Positions 11,264 to 24,400 of a stretch of DNA of 64,000 nucleotides are shown here, one piece after another. Every line of letters begins with the position of its first letter. Position 1 is the stretch's first letter. Source of the DNA: Adineta vaga (Eukaryota; Animalia; Rotifera). The stretch covers positions 8,804,001 through 8,868,000 of the forward strand of contig CP075496.1 of NCBI GenBank assembly GCA_021613535.1, given 5' to 3'. The notes beneath the pieces were generated by a model. The model was not told the DNA's origin. It saw nothing but the letters and a program-made list of their open reading frames with translations, and did no database searches. Made by a program: the position numbers and the translations under genes.

Positions 11264-13921
11264 TTAGAAAACATTTATTCTATCATTTGTTAGTTCAATA
11301 TCATGATGTTTATTCTTTTTATCCTTCACCGAATGTTTTGGAAAACATAAATTATACAATGGTTTACAAATAAGTTTGTATAATAAAAAGATTAAACCAA
11401 AGATTTCTAAACAAACAATTGTAAATAAAATATTATGAAATATAATTTCTGATAGTTTTGCAATAGGTTGTTGAAGATTTTTAACATAATATGGAGTTTC
11501 AACTAAAATAATAGTTAATGTTGTTGAAATGGCTGTCGAATGAACATATTGATCTTGAGTTAAAAATAAACTATTTGAATCTGTAGTAAATGTCGGAATA
11601 AAAATACCAGTAAAATCAGATTCTTCACCGACCATCGCGACCGTTTCATTGATAACTTTTGTAATATCAAGTGAAATGGGTAGATTTTGTGCAAGAACTT
11701 CGTTATATTTAAAAAATGATTGAGAGAAATTTAATTCTTTTAAATTGTAATTCGCATCCTCATGTCCTGCACCAGATAGACCAATACGTAATGCACCGAT
11801 GATTTGTGTATTAGCTAGTAGAATTTGTACAGATGTCTGCTGATATGGCAATGGAATGGATAAGGAGAGAACAGAGTTTACATTGCCACAAGTTGACCAA
11901 CGTATTGTTGACCATTTTGTTCCGTATAGAGCTTGTAGAGAGATTACATCACAACCAACTAATGTGTTGACAAAATCAACATTTAGATTAAATGTTTGAT
12001 TATTTAATAATTCAAACATTTTCTGTTCGGCAACTGTGACTCGTATGGATAATGATTGAAGATTAGTTTGAAATTTTGCGTTTCTTAATGATGGATCACA
12101 AGCAAAATATGAATCAGTTGTTGTTTCTATTGGGTATTGATGGAAATATCGGTTGCTAAATGAATAAGCGAAACTAACGAGAACAACAACAGCAAACGAA
12201 ACTAATCCACCAACCCATAATTCTCCTTCACCAATTAAATCTGTATGTCTAAAGATATACTTTAAGTGATGACGAATCTTTCGACTTCGTGGATGATTTA
12301 TGCTGATTTTTAATATACCCATTAGAATAATAATAAGAATAGCAAAACTCGCGACAATTAATGACCAGAATAAAGGTGAGACTAGTAAACAATGGCCCGA
12401 TCCAATATGAAACATATTTTGAATGAGAATTTCGTCAAATATTATACTTTCTGGTGACGTTGGATATGCAATTACTTGCATTTTTGTTGCTAATGCTGAT
12501 ACAGATATATCAGTGACTGAACCCAGTGGACAAAATGATCCAGTTAAACATGGTAGACATTGTATGCTCGAATTCCCTGGATTTTTAGTATTACTTGGAC
12601 ATAAAATACAATCATGTACACCACTTTGATTTTTATAAGTTCCTGCAAGACAAGATTGAGCTTTTGTGAATGTCGGTGCTGTACCTGTATCTTGAACAGC
12701 AGGAAAATATCCTCTTGGTGTTGGATTCATGATCAGAATATTACCTTGATCATCAAGTAAAGCTAAAGAAGATGGTGAAGAAATGACTCGTAGGAATATT
12801 GAACTAAAACTTAATGGTAATATTTGATGATAATTTGGAAAAACCGATAGTGGAGTAGTGTTCGAATTGTAACCATTTGTTTGAATATCATAAAAATAGA
12901 TTTGTGATGATGACCATTGATAAGTAAGTGAATAAGTATTGACTAAAATAGCAGCTATACCATTTTCGAGCCAAGTAACACTTTTTCCATTTCCAAGTGA
13001 TCTTCCGTTGGTATATCGACTAACGAAATCTAATTGATCTATATTTGTTTTATTAACAGAAAATAAGAATACTCGATTGATAAATTGCATACCAACTAAA
13101 ACATTTCCAACTTCATTAATACTAACTGACATATCATATTTAGCTGAATAAGTATCAGCGTCTGAATTAGTCAATAAATCTTGCCAAGTATTGGGAGTTG
13201 CCACAGGTCGATAATAATTAATAATAAATAGCCGATAATTAGATGAATTCAAATTGAATAAATATACTATGGGAATATAAACTGCTATTGTCTGAATAGG
13301 GTTTCGTATAAATCCTGCAATAACACCAAAATTATCATTGATATCAACAGCATGAGGCATAAATGAATGATCTAACCATGTTTCATTTGCATTCCATACA
13401 TTTAATAAAGTGTTCAATGAATCAAAAGTAAACATGAATTCTTTAGCAAAACCATAGGCAAATCGTCCACTAGGTTCAACATCAATTATAAAATGTTCTT
13501 GGTGTTGATAATTATAAAAGTATTGGACTACAAAAGAAAATTGTGTATCACAGGATAAGGCGGACGCATTGTATTTTGCAACGCCAATAAAAGTTCCATT
13601 TTTATCATTGAATAATTCACCGGCAAAAAAGAATTGTTGTTGATTTTTGCCTACAGCAACACTGTAGATATAATGATCTGTTGGATCAGAAAAGGTAACA
13701 ATACATTGTACTGATGTGAGAGTATTATTGTATGGAGCTAATTGTACAAGAAATGTGGTGGGATTATTATCGTTTTGTACTTGAACAAGGAGATATTCAT
13801 TCATTGCAATTTTTAAACCGTATGCATTGTAATCAACGATATTTGGAGTAAAAGTACTGTTTATTTTATAAATAAATAAGAGAATTAAATAACAAAATAC
13901 CAGTTGTATAATGTTAGCCAT
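11264..13921 (-). CDS. Intronless 885-aa membrane protein, tandem paralog B of 8035-10725
   Basis: Signal peptide MANIIQLVFCYLILLFIYKINS, the same Cys-rich repeat and three TM segments, and long near-identical DNA tracts with paralog A. Confidence 0.87.
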   Translation of the reverse strand: MANIIQLVFCYLILLFIYKINSTFTPNIVDYNAYGLKIAMNEYLLVQVQNDNNPTTFLVQLAPYNNTLTSVQCIVTFSDPTDHYIYSVAVGKNQQQFFFAGELFNDKNGTFIGVAKYNASALSCDTQFSFVVQYFYNYQHQEHFIIDVEPSGRFAYGFAKEFMFTFDSLNTLLNVWNANETWLDHSFMPHAVDINDNFGVIAGFIRNPIQTIAVYIPIVYLFNLNSSNYRLFIINYYRPVATPNTWQDLLTNSDADTYSAKYDMSVSINEVGNVLVGMQFINRVFLFSVNKTNIDQLDFVSRYTNGRSLGNGKSVTWLENGIAAILVNTYSLTYQWSSSQIYFYDIQTNGYNSNTTPLSVFPNYHQILPLSFSSIFLRVISSPSSLALLDDQGNILIMNPTPRGYFPAVQDTGTAPTFTKAQSCLAGTYKNQSGVHDCILCPSNTKNPGNSSIQCLPCLTGSFCPLGSVTDISVSALATKMQVIAYPTSPESIIFDEILIQNMFHIGSGHCLLVSPLFWSLIVASFAILIIILMGILKISINHPRSRKIRHHLKYIFRHTDLIGEGELWVGGLVSFAVVVLVSFAYSFSNRYFHQYPIETTTDSYFACDPSLRNAKFQTNLQSLSIRVTVAEQKMFELLNNQTFNLNVDFVNTLVGCDVISLQALYGTKWSTIRWSTCGNVNSVLSLSIPLPYQQTSVQILLANTQIIGALRIGLSGAGHEDANYNLKELNFSQSFFKYNEVLAQNLPISLDITKVINETVAMVGEESDFTGIFIPTFTTDSNSLFLTQDQYVHSTAISTTLTIILVETPYYVKNLQQPIAKLSEIIFHNILFTIVCLEIFGLIFLLYKLICKPLYNLCFPKHSVKDKKNKHHDIELTNDRINVF

Positions 13922-15477
13922 TTGTTATTCTAAAACGGATAGTTACAGTCAAGAACTTTCATCAATATTAGAAATGAATGCACGTTTTACTCAATATACC
14001 TGTATGTTAAAGAGATCCAATGTTTTTCATTAACAATATTGCAAATTCATCAAACATTATTATGGTCATATTTATTGTTGTATACCTGTCATTTTTCGTT
14101 TATGATATCATCAACTATTCGATAAATAAAAATATTTTACCTTTTAAGATTGATATATATATATTGATTTCTAATGTGAATATAAGAACATGTACGTAAG
14201 GGCGTATACTTCGAATAATTAGACAGCAGCAAAAGGAGAAAAATACTGATGAATAATCAGAGAAAAAGAATCATAAGGTTTCATACTTTCCTTCCTTTTT
14301 CTGGCACTAATGTATACTAAATAAAACGGACGAAAGTAAGGTTTATTTTTATATGTATGAATGCAAAGACGTAAAAGAACGGAACGTAAACATCAAATTT
14401 CATGATTGTACTAAGTACATTTTATGATGCTTATATTTTCAAAATATACCATTTAAAATTCCCATAAGAATTTTCCATACCATAGATTTGCTTTTTGTTT
14501 TAAAAAAATTGTAATGATGAAAATAAAGATGAGATTATTTGTAGCAGATATTTCAATTTGTCGTTCATAAATGCATCCCATCGTTGAAACGATTTTCAAA
14601 CAAGTTGGAAGTTTTAATTGTGCAAAACACATGTGCATCACGATTTCCGGCAAAAGTTAGTTTTTAGGTAAACTTAAAATTTAATACATAATTATGAATG
14701 CACCAATTCCAGTCAAGTGTCATATTAACTCACCAATTTATTGCGTTATGCTAGATTCTTTTATAGTTGGTGATATGCCATTAGAATACTGAAATCAAAT
14801 TTTAATTGATTTCTATTTTTTGATATAAAAGAACATATGTCAATGGCATGAGCAATGCGAAATAAAAGATATGTTTTCATAAAAGTCTCACTTGTCATTA
14901 TCATTTTTGTAGCTTATAATGATTAATTACTCAAAATGTAATCGTTTCATATTATATCAAAAGTGTTACTGTATTAATTGTTTGATTTTCTTAGATAATA
15001 TTTGTTTCACCATTTATTATTCTTACTCAGAAGCTTCTCTTAGATAGCAAACTACAGATTGTAGATATACCTCAAGATGAATCGTTTATAGAACATTCAA
15101 AAAACGACATAAAAAGCAAAATAGTTTAGTTTTATATATTTAATTGAGTTGCATGTTTCTTATTCATAGTTTGAAAATTTCATTCGCCGACAATGAATTA
15201 GAGAACAGCAAAGAATGTATACTCGTATTTAGTCATCATGACGCTGATTCATGTCTATTTAATATGCTCGAAAAAATAACAAAAGATGTATTCAATATAT
15301 TAAAATATAATAGACTCTTTTAGTTTAACTCATCATTACCAGATATTATAATTGATATAGACATTTATACAGAAAAGTTTTATATTTAAGAACATTCGCA
15401 AATATTCTCCGTTGATTATAAAATAATGATTGTAATTTAAATTATATTTATTTATTTACAATAGAAATCTTAGAAAT

Positions 15478-16458
15478 ATGTCATCAGTTTCTCCATTAGT
15501 TTTTGCTCAACGATGTCTGATACGTTATGGAATGACTACTTATTTAACAATAGGAAATATTGGATTACTTTTAAATATAATAACTTTTAGTCAACATTCA
15601 TTTCGTCAAAGACCATATTCAATTTATATTTTGGCGACATCAATCTGTGGTTGCATTGGTTTGAATATTGCTGTTATTCCATATATTTATTCAGTTCATC
15701 ATTCGAATTATTTTGCAAATTTTCTGGTCTACTGTCGAGTACAATTCTATTTTCGACATGCATTTAATCAAATGATGCGAACATTTATTGTTATTGCTTG
15801 TGCTGATCGGTATGCCGTATGTAGTGATGAAGCTCGAATTCGAGCTCTTAGCCAATATCAAATTGCAATTCGAGTCGTTCCATCTGTTATTATTTTCTGG
15901 CTCATAGTTGCTCTCTTACCATCTATGTTATATTCAATCACTGATGACGGTGTATGCGATACAGCATTTGGTGTGAATAACATCTTCTATAGTGTTTATC
16001 TTATCATTGCTCTTTGTATATTTCCACTTGTTTCTATGACCACTTTCGAAATATTGATTATAACTAATTTAAAACGAATGCGTGCGCGTATTCAACCTAA
16101 TCGAACGATTGAATTACGAGGACATGTTCTTCGAAAAAGAGATCGAGATATGATTAAAATGTTATTAATTGAATTAATCCTGTATATTTGTACGACAATA
16201 CCACTTACAGTTGTAGTTATTTATAAAGCAATAGCTGGCGCAGATATATATACCTTTCAGCGCGAACAAATTGAAGCATTCATCTTCTTTCTCCTGCGAA
16301 CATTTATTATTTATATCAATAACTGTCTTTCATTTTGGGTTTACATATCAGTATCACATACTTTTCGAAGTGAATTTAGAAATTCAATCTTAAAATTGTA
16401 TCGCTTTATTTTAGTCAAAATTAGAAAATTGTTTGTAATACTTTGTTATTTCAAATAA
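15478..16458 (+). CDS. Class A (rhodopsin-like) GPCR, intronless
   Basis: Seven hydrophobic segments, GN in TM1, ADRY at the end of TM3, NN..SF.VY....FR in TM7/helix 8. Confidence 0.9.
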   Translation: MSSVSPLVFAQRCLIRYGMTTYLTIGNIGLLLNIITFSQHSFRQRPYSIYILATSICGCIGLNIAVIPYIYSVHHSNYFANFLVYCRVQFYFRHAFNQMMRTFIVIACADRYAVCSDEARIRALSQYQIAIRVVPSVIIFWLIVALLPSMLYSITDDGVCDTAFGVNNIFYSVYLIIALCIFPLVSMTTFEILIITNLKRMRARIQPNRTIELRGHVLRKRDRDMIKMLLIELILYICTTIPLTVVVIYKAIAGADIYTFQREQIEAFIFFLLRTFIIYINNCLSFWVYISVSHTFRSEFRNSILKLYRFILVKIRKLFVILCYFK

Positions 16459-17279
16459 ATATCTTAATCATTTTTTGTCTAAATTATCGTTAGTGCTGGT
16501 AGCTCTCTATTTCTGATTGGTTGAGTGATAAGTCAACTAATAAACTAGAATGACGAATTGACACATAAGAAGATAGCAAGTGCTATAAGCTCAACTAAAA
16601 TACTCACATTCTCATTCATAACATCTTAGTTGTTTGTACTGGGGAAGATTTCAAGGAAACGACTATATGCAAAACAGATATCTATGTGGACTTTCATATT
16701 TGCAAAACGAGACTGATATAGACAACTGTATTCTAGAACAATAAATGGACAATTTGATAGAACGCTTGAAGCGCAACTCTAATAATTGAGATGTCGAATC
16801 TAAACAAGAGCAACCAAATGTTATGTGGTAACACGCATACCCCATCTGATGAAGCTGGATGTGCTGTATCGAAATATCCATTTCTAACATTCCAAATGAT
16901 TTTCTGATCAAGATGAAATATGGAAACTAAAATGCAATAATAAAATATCATACGTTTCTTTTTCTATAATATTAATTATATAAATAATAAATAGCAACAA
17001 CGAAACAATATTCAAGATCTTTCAAACAAATCTATATCGATTGGATTTATAAAAAAATTTTACGCAATGCATTGACATGTGGCAGAAAAAGATGCGACCG
17101 AACTGTACGTATCAGATGTTTACCTCCATCATATCCGATTCAACCATAAGTTGAACATGATTTTCAGTCGATTAAAATATCTATTGATATTGATAATACA
17201 GTTCGTGAAGTAATAAGATCATTAGAGAAAGCATCACATTTTCAAAAAGATTGACAACAATCACATATTTTGAAAAAAA

Positions 17280-18168
17280 ATGATTACAAGATATTATCGT
17301 TTTACGCAATTGAAATAATCGCATACACCGCTCATTCCTACGATGAACATTGAAATTGTTTGGCAAACTCATCTACTTCGATCTGAAATCTATCAAACTG
17401 ATTGTCTTCGATTATTTCGTCGGATTATTGATCATTCGTTATTTATGGATGATTTTCAAGATTTTCTTAAAGAACAAGCATTTCCTGATACGTGCCATCT
17501 CTATGAGCAATACTATCCTTTACTATCAACTAAAGAGAAAATGACAGTTCAATACAATATTGTTCCTTTGCGGGATAAAGATCATTGTATCAATTCGATA
17601 TATTTCTATTGGGATCAAACATATTTTGAATTTTTATCCGATCTATCGAAAGATTTTGAAAACTTTGTTTTCGTTTGCAGAAGGTGATATTATCTTAGAT
17701 GTCGAATGGTTAGCTTCGTGTAAAGAATTTATGTATGATGTATTTACAGAGGTTCCTATTACAAGGTATCGATCAATGCGACGTCTAGAAAAAAAATCAT
17801 ACGAATGATTTTTGTACATGGTAGGAAAATATCTACTCAAAGATGGCAATGGTTTTGTACCTCTAACATATGCGGTGAAATATTTCTTGTTCAACTTGAA
17901 AAAAAACTACATTAATCTGTTTCTTTTTTTCTTTTATCGATATTATATAGCATTCTCACATGCAAGAACCATTGAAATATGCAGCTGATTGTATTCGTCT
18001 TATGAGTTATCTTATTTTTCATTCTCCAAGACCATAATGATTCGAGATGATAACATGTAGAAAGCACGTGATCAAACGGATAATATTTGGAAACAAGAAT
18101 TTGAAAGTGATATTACAACAGATCATCTCTATAATACAATTGCTATTATGCGTAAATGGGATGATTAG
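17280..18168 (+). pseudogene. GRDP/DUF1399-like pseudogene (may extend upstream to ~16750)
   Basis: Two copies of the Y.RF...PT..I...W..H....Y..DC.......H motif: RYYRFTQLK*SHTPLIPTMNIEIVWQTHLLRSEIYQTDC..IIDH and SYE*FLY..VPLTYA/IDII*HSHMQEPLKYAADC. Stops at 17316, 17806 and 17948. Confidence 0.65.
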
Positions 18169-19046
18169 GAATACAAACTTGTATCTTTGACAAATTAAAA
18201 TATTCTACTCATTAATCAAGAATAAAACTTGAGTACTATGTAGATATATCACTAACATATACATTTTCAATGTGATAATACTTTATCGACTTATAGATCT
18301 ACCATTTGAACCTGTATAATACACTTTCACAAATATTGTTGTAATAGATAAAGTTTATCAAATGGTACATTCATTTCACACACATCGTTGCTGTCTAAAA
18401 ATAATTATCATACTATATGAAATCATATAAACAAAATCAAACAACTAATGATCATATCTTGAATACATCAATTACATTGCTTTGTATAATCAACATAATA
18501 AATACCAACGTATTGTATGTTGTAAGAGTCATCGTTTTCTATTTTTCATCAGTAGTTGTTTCCTTGATTTTTTCTATTATCTACATGAAAACGAATTTCA
18601 CAGTTGAAACCAAATATAGACGACGTATGTGAGTCATTGTATACATCGAACAATTTCTTTTATGAAAAATTTATCAAGAGACAACGTCATAGAAATGTTT
18701 TTTGCTAGTCAAAGAACATGTCCTTCTATTAATTTTCGTCTGTAATGTATGTGCAATTGTACTTTGTTTCATTTTTCTAACTACATATTTCTTTTCTCAA
18801 GGGTGTAACTGTAACATTCTTAAATGTGTTGCTCATTCATCTACAACGTCTTTTTCTGTTTTTTCCTGATCGAATGTTTACACAAAACTCAATTTTCTTC
18901 CAGTTGATATCATCACATTAGTCATCAGAATAATGATTCAATGTTGTAGACAAGAACTACAGTAGTTTTCCTTCAAATAGCAAATTGAGCGACAATTTTT
19001 CTTTCAAATCTAACGATATTTTCTTCATTTATAATCGTATTCGTAT

Positions 19047-20185
19047 ATGAACATGGGTGGTAAGCATGTAAATCAACAATTAGGTAACTTGTCTTGGATT
19101 TTATCTTAAACATAAATCGAATTTGCTAATTTTTTATTTCATTTAGATCATAGACAAAAAGATTCTACTGAATATATGTGGCTTGAAAGACAAACGTTTC
19201 ATATCAGAGGTGATGATTATACATTACTTCGACGACTTGGTAATGGAAGTTTTGGATCTGTTTGGATATCTACAACGCCAAGTGGTAAATATATTTCACT
19301 TCGAGTTCTTGTTGCAAAATGATGAAAATTGATTTGTATAGGTTTTTATGCAGCTGTCAAAGTATTTGACCTTCGTCGTCGAAAACATGCGTCCAAAGCA
19401 CTTCAACTTACACGATCATTTGAAACTGAAATTCAAATGGCCTATGAAATGCGTAATGCAGGAAATTATGCTGCAACAATATATGGATTTGAATTTGATC
19501 GTCAACGAAATGTAGCTTTGATAGCAATGGAAATAGGTGATGATTCTCTAAAAGATAGAGTTCAAAGTCTTCATCAAACACATAAAGCATCAGAAACAAC
19601 TGGTTATGATTATATATCAGCTGTAGATCGAAAGAATATATGGTTACAATTAGTTGATATTGTTCTCGCTCTAGATCGACTCCATGTTGTTAGTATTAAG
19701 AAAATGAATTGTTTTCTCGTATATAAATGTTTCATTTTTAGATTCATCGTGATATGAAACCATCAAATTTAGTATTCTTCGGTCCAACAATGAAACTCAT
19801 CGATTTTGGTATTTCACAAAAAGAATATTCACCGTAAGTTAATTGTTATTTGAATTCTTTTCTCATGATTGTTTTTCCGTTCAATCATACTAGACATGAA
19901 AGATTGATTGGTGATCGACACTATGCTGCACCAGAATGTTTAACAGGTGGAGCTCCTATTACAACAAAAGCTGATGTATGGTCTGCAGGTGGTATTCTAT
20001 ATTACATGACCTATGGTAAAAAGCCTTACTTTCGTTCGCCATTACCTCCACAAAATCTTGCAACAACACGTTCAGTTCTTGTAAAAGAAGTAATTCATCA
20101 TTGTCTTCGACGAAATATACATCGACGAGCTGGACATCATTGGCTTGCTTCACATCCGCTAACAAGTAGTGCTGCTCTTGGCTAG
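19047..20185 (+). CDS. Ser/Thr kinase with a TTK/Mps1-like catalytic domain, 5 exons
   Basis: Spliced motifs LGNGSFGSV, AAVK, IHRDMKPSN, MKLIDFGIS, YAAPE and DVWSAGGILYYMTYGKKPY. The last resembles TTK DVWSLGCILYYMTYGKTPF. Confidence 0.8.
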
Positions 20186-20254
20186 TTTAATGTAGATTTT
20201 TTTTCTAGGAACTCATTGAAATAAATACTCGCACAGAATTTCATTAATATTTAT

Positions 20255-21283
20255 TTACTTAAGCATAAGTTCAATCGAAAAAGAGAATCTATATAATCCC
20301 CGAAAATTTTCCCTCAGTTGGCATGTACTTTCATCGACGGATATATAATTAGATTTTATTTTGACCATATGAATATATTTTTCTGTTGTTATTGTAGATG
20401 GTAAAGAAACTTCGAACCATTCAAGAAATTGATGACGATTCATTTCTGATACAAAAGAATGAACTGCCAGGTTCCAATGACAATACATGACATTCAATAA
20501 TTATACATTGTGGATATTTTCGGTGAGATAAAGTGCACTATTCCTATATCTATCAAAGGAATTGTCAGTATCTAACATTGTTTACCAAGTGATGAATAGG
20601 CTACTTCAATGCAGTCTGCAATACTGTAAAATTCATTTTGATCCAATGTCAGATCTTTTTTCAGATTAATTTTTCGAATCGAAGTATGCGTTCACTTCTT
20701 TAGGAGTTATATTGTAATAGGTATTCCAGAATAAATGATACACAAATAATATAAATTAGGTGCTTGATCAAGTAAAATTTGCAGACTAGATGCGTAAACA
20801 TGTTCGTTACGATTTGGAAAATAGATAATTAGAAATATCAATCTTATCGGAGAAACTATATGGTAATGTTTATCTTCTGATATCGATTTCCAATCACATC
20901 GAAATATTGCAAGCTTTGGAAAATAATTCTTGATTAACAATTCTCATTGATAACCATTCATAAATATACGTGTTGATTCAATATGTAAATATCGAAGATA
21001 AAGTGCATACTCAAATAATTTGCCTAATGAATAACGTTTTATTAGGATAAGACTGTATAGACACATGTTTAAGAGATGGAGAGATTATCAATGGCCAAAG
21101 ATTTCCATCAACTGCACACAAGATTCTTGATAGAATAGTGAGTCAGTTTAGGCAAGTTCTATATTTGTACAACTGTATTTTGATGATCAATAATAGATAG
21201 GTGAGTGTAGCAATCGATGAGACTATATGATCGAAAAGAGCAAGTAAGATTTCATTAGTTAAAGATTGCAAACGTGCTGCCAT
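20255..21283 (-). pseudogene. Degraded F-box/LRR-like gene
   Basis: Starts MAARLQSLTNEILLALFDHI (F-box-like). Only broken LRR-like fragments follow (LLDQAPNLYYL; FPKLAIF), with no continuous frame. The downstream boundary is approximate. Confidence 0.5.
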
Positions 21284-21438
21284 TTCTATTTTCTACTATA
21301 GAAAAAATGAATAGGAAAACACTTTCTATGAAATGATTGGTCGTACGTGAAAAGAAATTTATTAGAATTATTAAAAAATATATAATGGAAAACAATTGTG
21401 ATTAAAACAAACCGAACTATCTGCTAGGAATGTTTTAT

Positions 21439-24400
21439 TCACCAACCTTCATCATCAAAAATTAATTCATCTGGATTAGGTGCATCATTTATCGTCCCAT
21501 CACCATCAATACTTGAGCAACATGTAATTGCATAATTCAAACGTTCATACATAATCTCATTTGTTGAATACGGTGGTAAGTCAATGGTAAAAAAACATGT
21601 ATGAGATCCTAGAAAGAAAACAAAAGAGAGCTTTCTCCGGTTCGATATGTAAAAAGTTTATTTACGTGGTAAGATTTTATCAGGATCATCTTCTCCATAG
21701 ATTTCTAATTTAGTAATTGTTAATTTTGATTGAAAATCTTCATCTCGCGTCGGTAATGTACTTCTACCCCAAACGAATATTAAAAATAATTTCTTCTGTT
21801 CATCTGTAAACATATCATCAAGAACAGTCCAAAATGAAACAATTGCTGGTGAATCTTGACTATAATCATAACTATAATTTGTATTCCGTTTTAATAATTC
21901 AACATCAATTCGACCGTTGCCACAAACAGCTTCTTCTAATTCATTTGCTGTAAATAAACTCAAATAATACGATGGAACAACACTATACATTCCTTCTCGA
22001 ATAAAACTTAACTGCCGGTTGAATTCATTTAAACGATATTGTCGATATAATGAACAATATTGTTTAAAATTCGATGCTGTTATTGAAATATCTGATCCTC
22101 CAGGTATTAATTCATATGTCAAACCAGATGAGCTGACTACATCAAATCGTAATTCACTCATAATACTACTAAAAACTGATCCAACATCATTATCTGTTTC
22201 CGTTAATTTCATTTGTTCAATATTTTTTTCCATCTCATTTATAATACGAAAACTTTGAATATCGACTGCTTCGATATCTTCAACGGTAGTTTCTTCTCGT
22301 AAGAATTGTTTCCATAATAGAAGAGGAAATTTCAAATCAAGATAATGTTTCTTTCGTATAGCCATACCCATCAATTGTCCAACGAATCGATATTGTTTTT
22401 TGATTTTATTCGGAATTGATTTATTTGGTGGAAAAGAATTAGGAATCCAACAATCACGATTAAATCCACTATTTGTTCGTCCATTTGGACATAAAATAAA
22501 TAATCCTAATCTTGTTGAACATATATCCATACAAATACGTGTAATTGAATCACGATAAGGTCCACCAGAATCCGTACTATGCATACCAGTATATTGTGCT
22601 TGCCAAAGTTGTTCATTCGGTCGTCGAAAGGTCGTATGTGCATTGGCATATAATTGTTGATAAGCTTGATAAAACATTGTATTTTCACTATTTTCATTAT
22701 CTGTACTAGCTATGACAGTATCGAAATGAACATTTATATAATCACTTGAATAAGCACCTTCGGTTTTTTCTAATGATTCACGGAAACAAATAAGTTTTGT
22801 TGATGATAATAGATAACCTTTTATTTGACGAATTTGATCAGTTAAATAACTGGCTCCATGTGGTAGATTGAAATCTACGAGTGAAAGACTATTTTCAATT
22901 AATTTATTAAATAGATAAATAAATTTTGCACGAAGAAGAATACAATCAGCTGGCATATTGCATAAATGTAAATATTTTTTATAGAAAGTTGCATTAGGTT
23001 CAGATTCATTTGGAAGACTTTCGATAAAACTTGAAACTGAGTCATTTAATTTCGAATCATCATTCATAAAATTAATTAAATCTTGATCAGCAATTGCATT
23101 GAAATGTTGATTAGATTTACGAAAATCTTCTTGATTAACTTTATGTTTATCTTCTAAGAAGTTCTTCATTTGTTTTAGACATTCTTCAGGTAAAGGTTTT
23201 TCTTTGGTTGGATCAATCCAAGCTTGAATGACATCGATATTTATGAAAAGATTTCGAATATATTCAGGTAATTTCGATAGAAAATCTTCTATTGGGTTTT
23301 TATGTTTTGATAGAAGAATATAAACGAAATCGGCGAGAGCAATTTCGAATTTTTTCTTCGAATTAATATTTAATGAGATTGAATTCGATGATAATTCGAT
23401 TAATAAATGGCAGAAAAATTTTTCAATACGATTATCTAATTGGATTGAATTGCTCGTTTGTATTAATCTGTAAATCGAAGAGAAAAATCAATGGTTACAT
23501 ATTATATGAAAGAATATAGTTTAACTTACATTGTGAGTAAACGAAGAATGAACAGTTTTGATTGATGTGTTGGAACGAGTAGAAATAGATCAAAGATTAG
23601 ATTGACAAATGGTGTTGGAAATAAAATTGGAATAATAGGTTCGAGCTGATGTTTTTTTATCAAAGTTTTATCAGTAATTAATTCAATGAATAGATTCAAA
23701 GTTTTCAAGACAAAATTTACATTTGATTGTTGTCGTAATAACGATGGTTTAAAGAGAAATTCAATTGAATGAATAAAGAAATCTTTTTGTAAATGATAGA
23801 GAAATGGTGTTTGAGTTTGTAAATCAATTCGATCGATATGTTCAATGAATTTTTTCAATTCAGTTTTAAGAATTGAATACATTAATAAATGTACTCGATC
23901 GATCTTATCATTACTTTCAATTTTTGTCGAATCTAAAAGTTTTAATAGAGTGATTAAGAACGGATAATCACCAAATTTTTCGAAAGGAAATCGAGTTGTT
24001 TCATCATAAGACCATATTTCCAACATATTTAGAACCGTATAACGTGCATAGATAGTAGATAAACCATATTCACAAGCACATCGAGATTCAAGAAACTGTT
24101 TGAATGAGAGATTTTTATGCGAATATTGAATAGATGTTTGTGTAGTTTGTGTGCGTTTCTTTTCTGCTTGATTGAGATCATATAATTGATAAATAGTATC
24201 CTCGTCATCAGTTGTTGTTGTTGTTGTTGTTGTTGATGATGATTTTTCTTGAAACCATTGATTGATATTATTATTCTTAATATTTGAATTTGAATCTAAA
24301 TCTTGAATTGCTCGTGTAAACCAATCTTTTTCAAGTTTTCCATCGAATTGCTTGGTACCATTCGAGATTGTTGATGATGGATATGATATCCAATATGTAA

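Noticed and set aside
17316-17950. Stop-codon reassignment or readthrough explaining the in-frame stops
   Set aside because: All three stop types occur, intact genes in the window terminate with TAA, TAG and TGA, and the long ORFs have no internal stops. Pseudogenisation is simpler.
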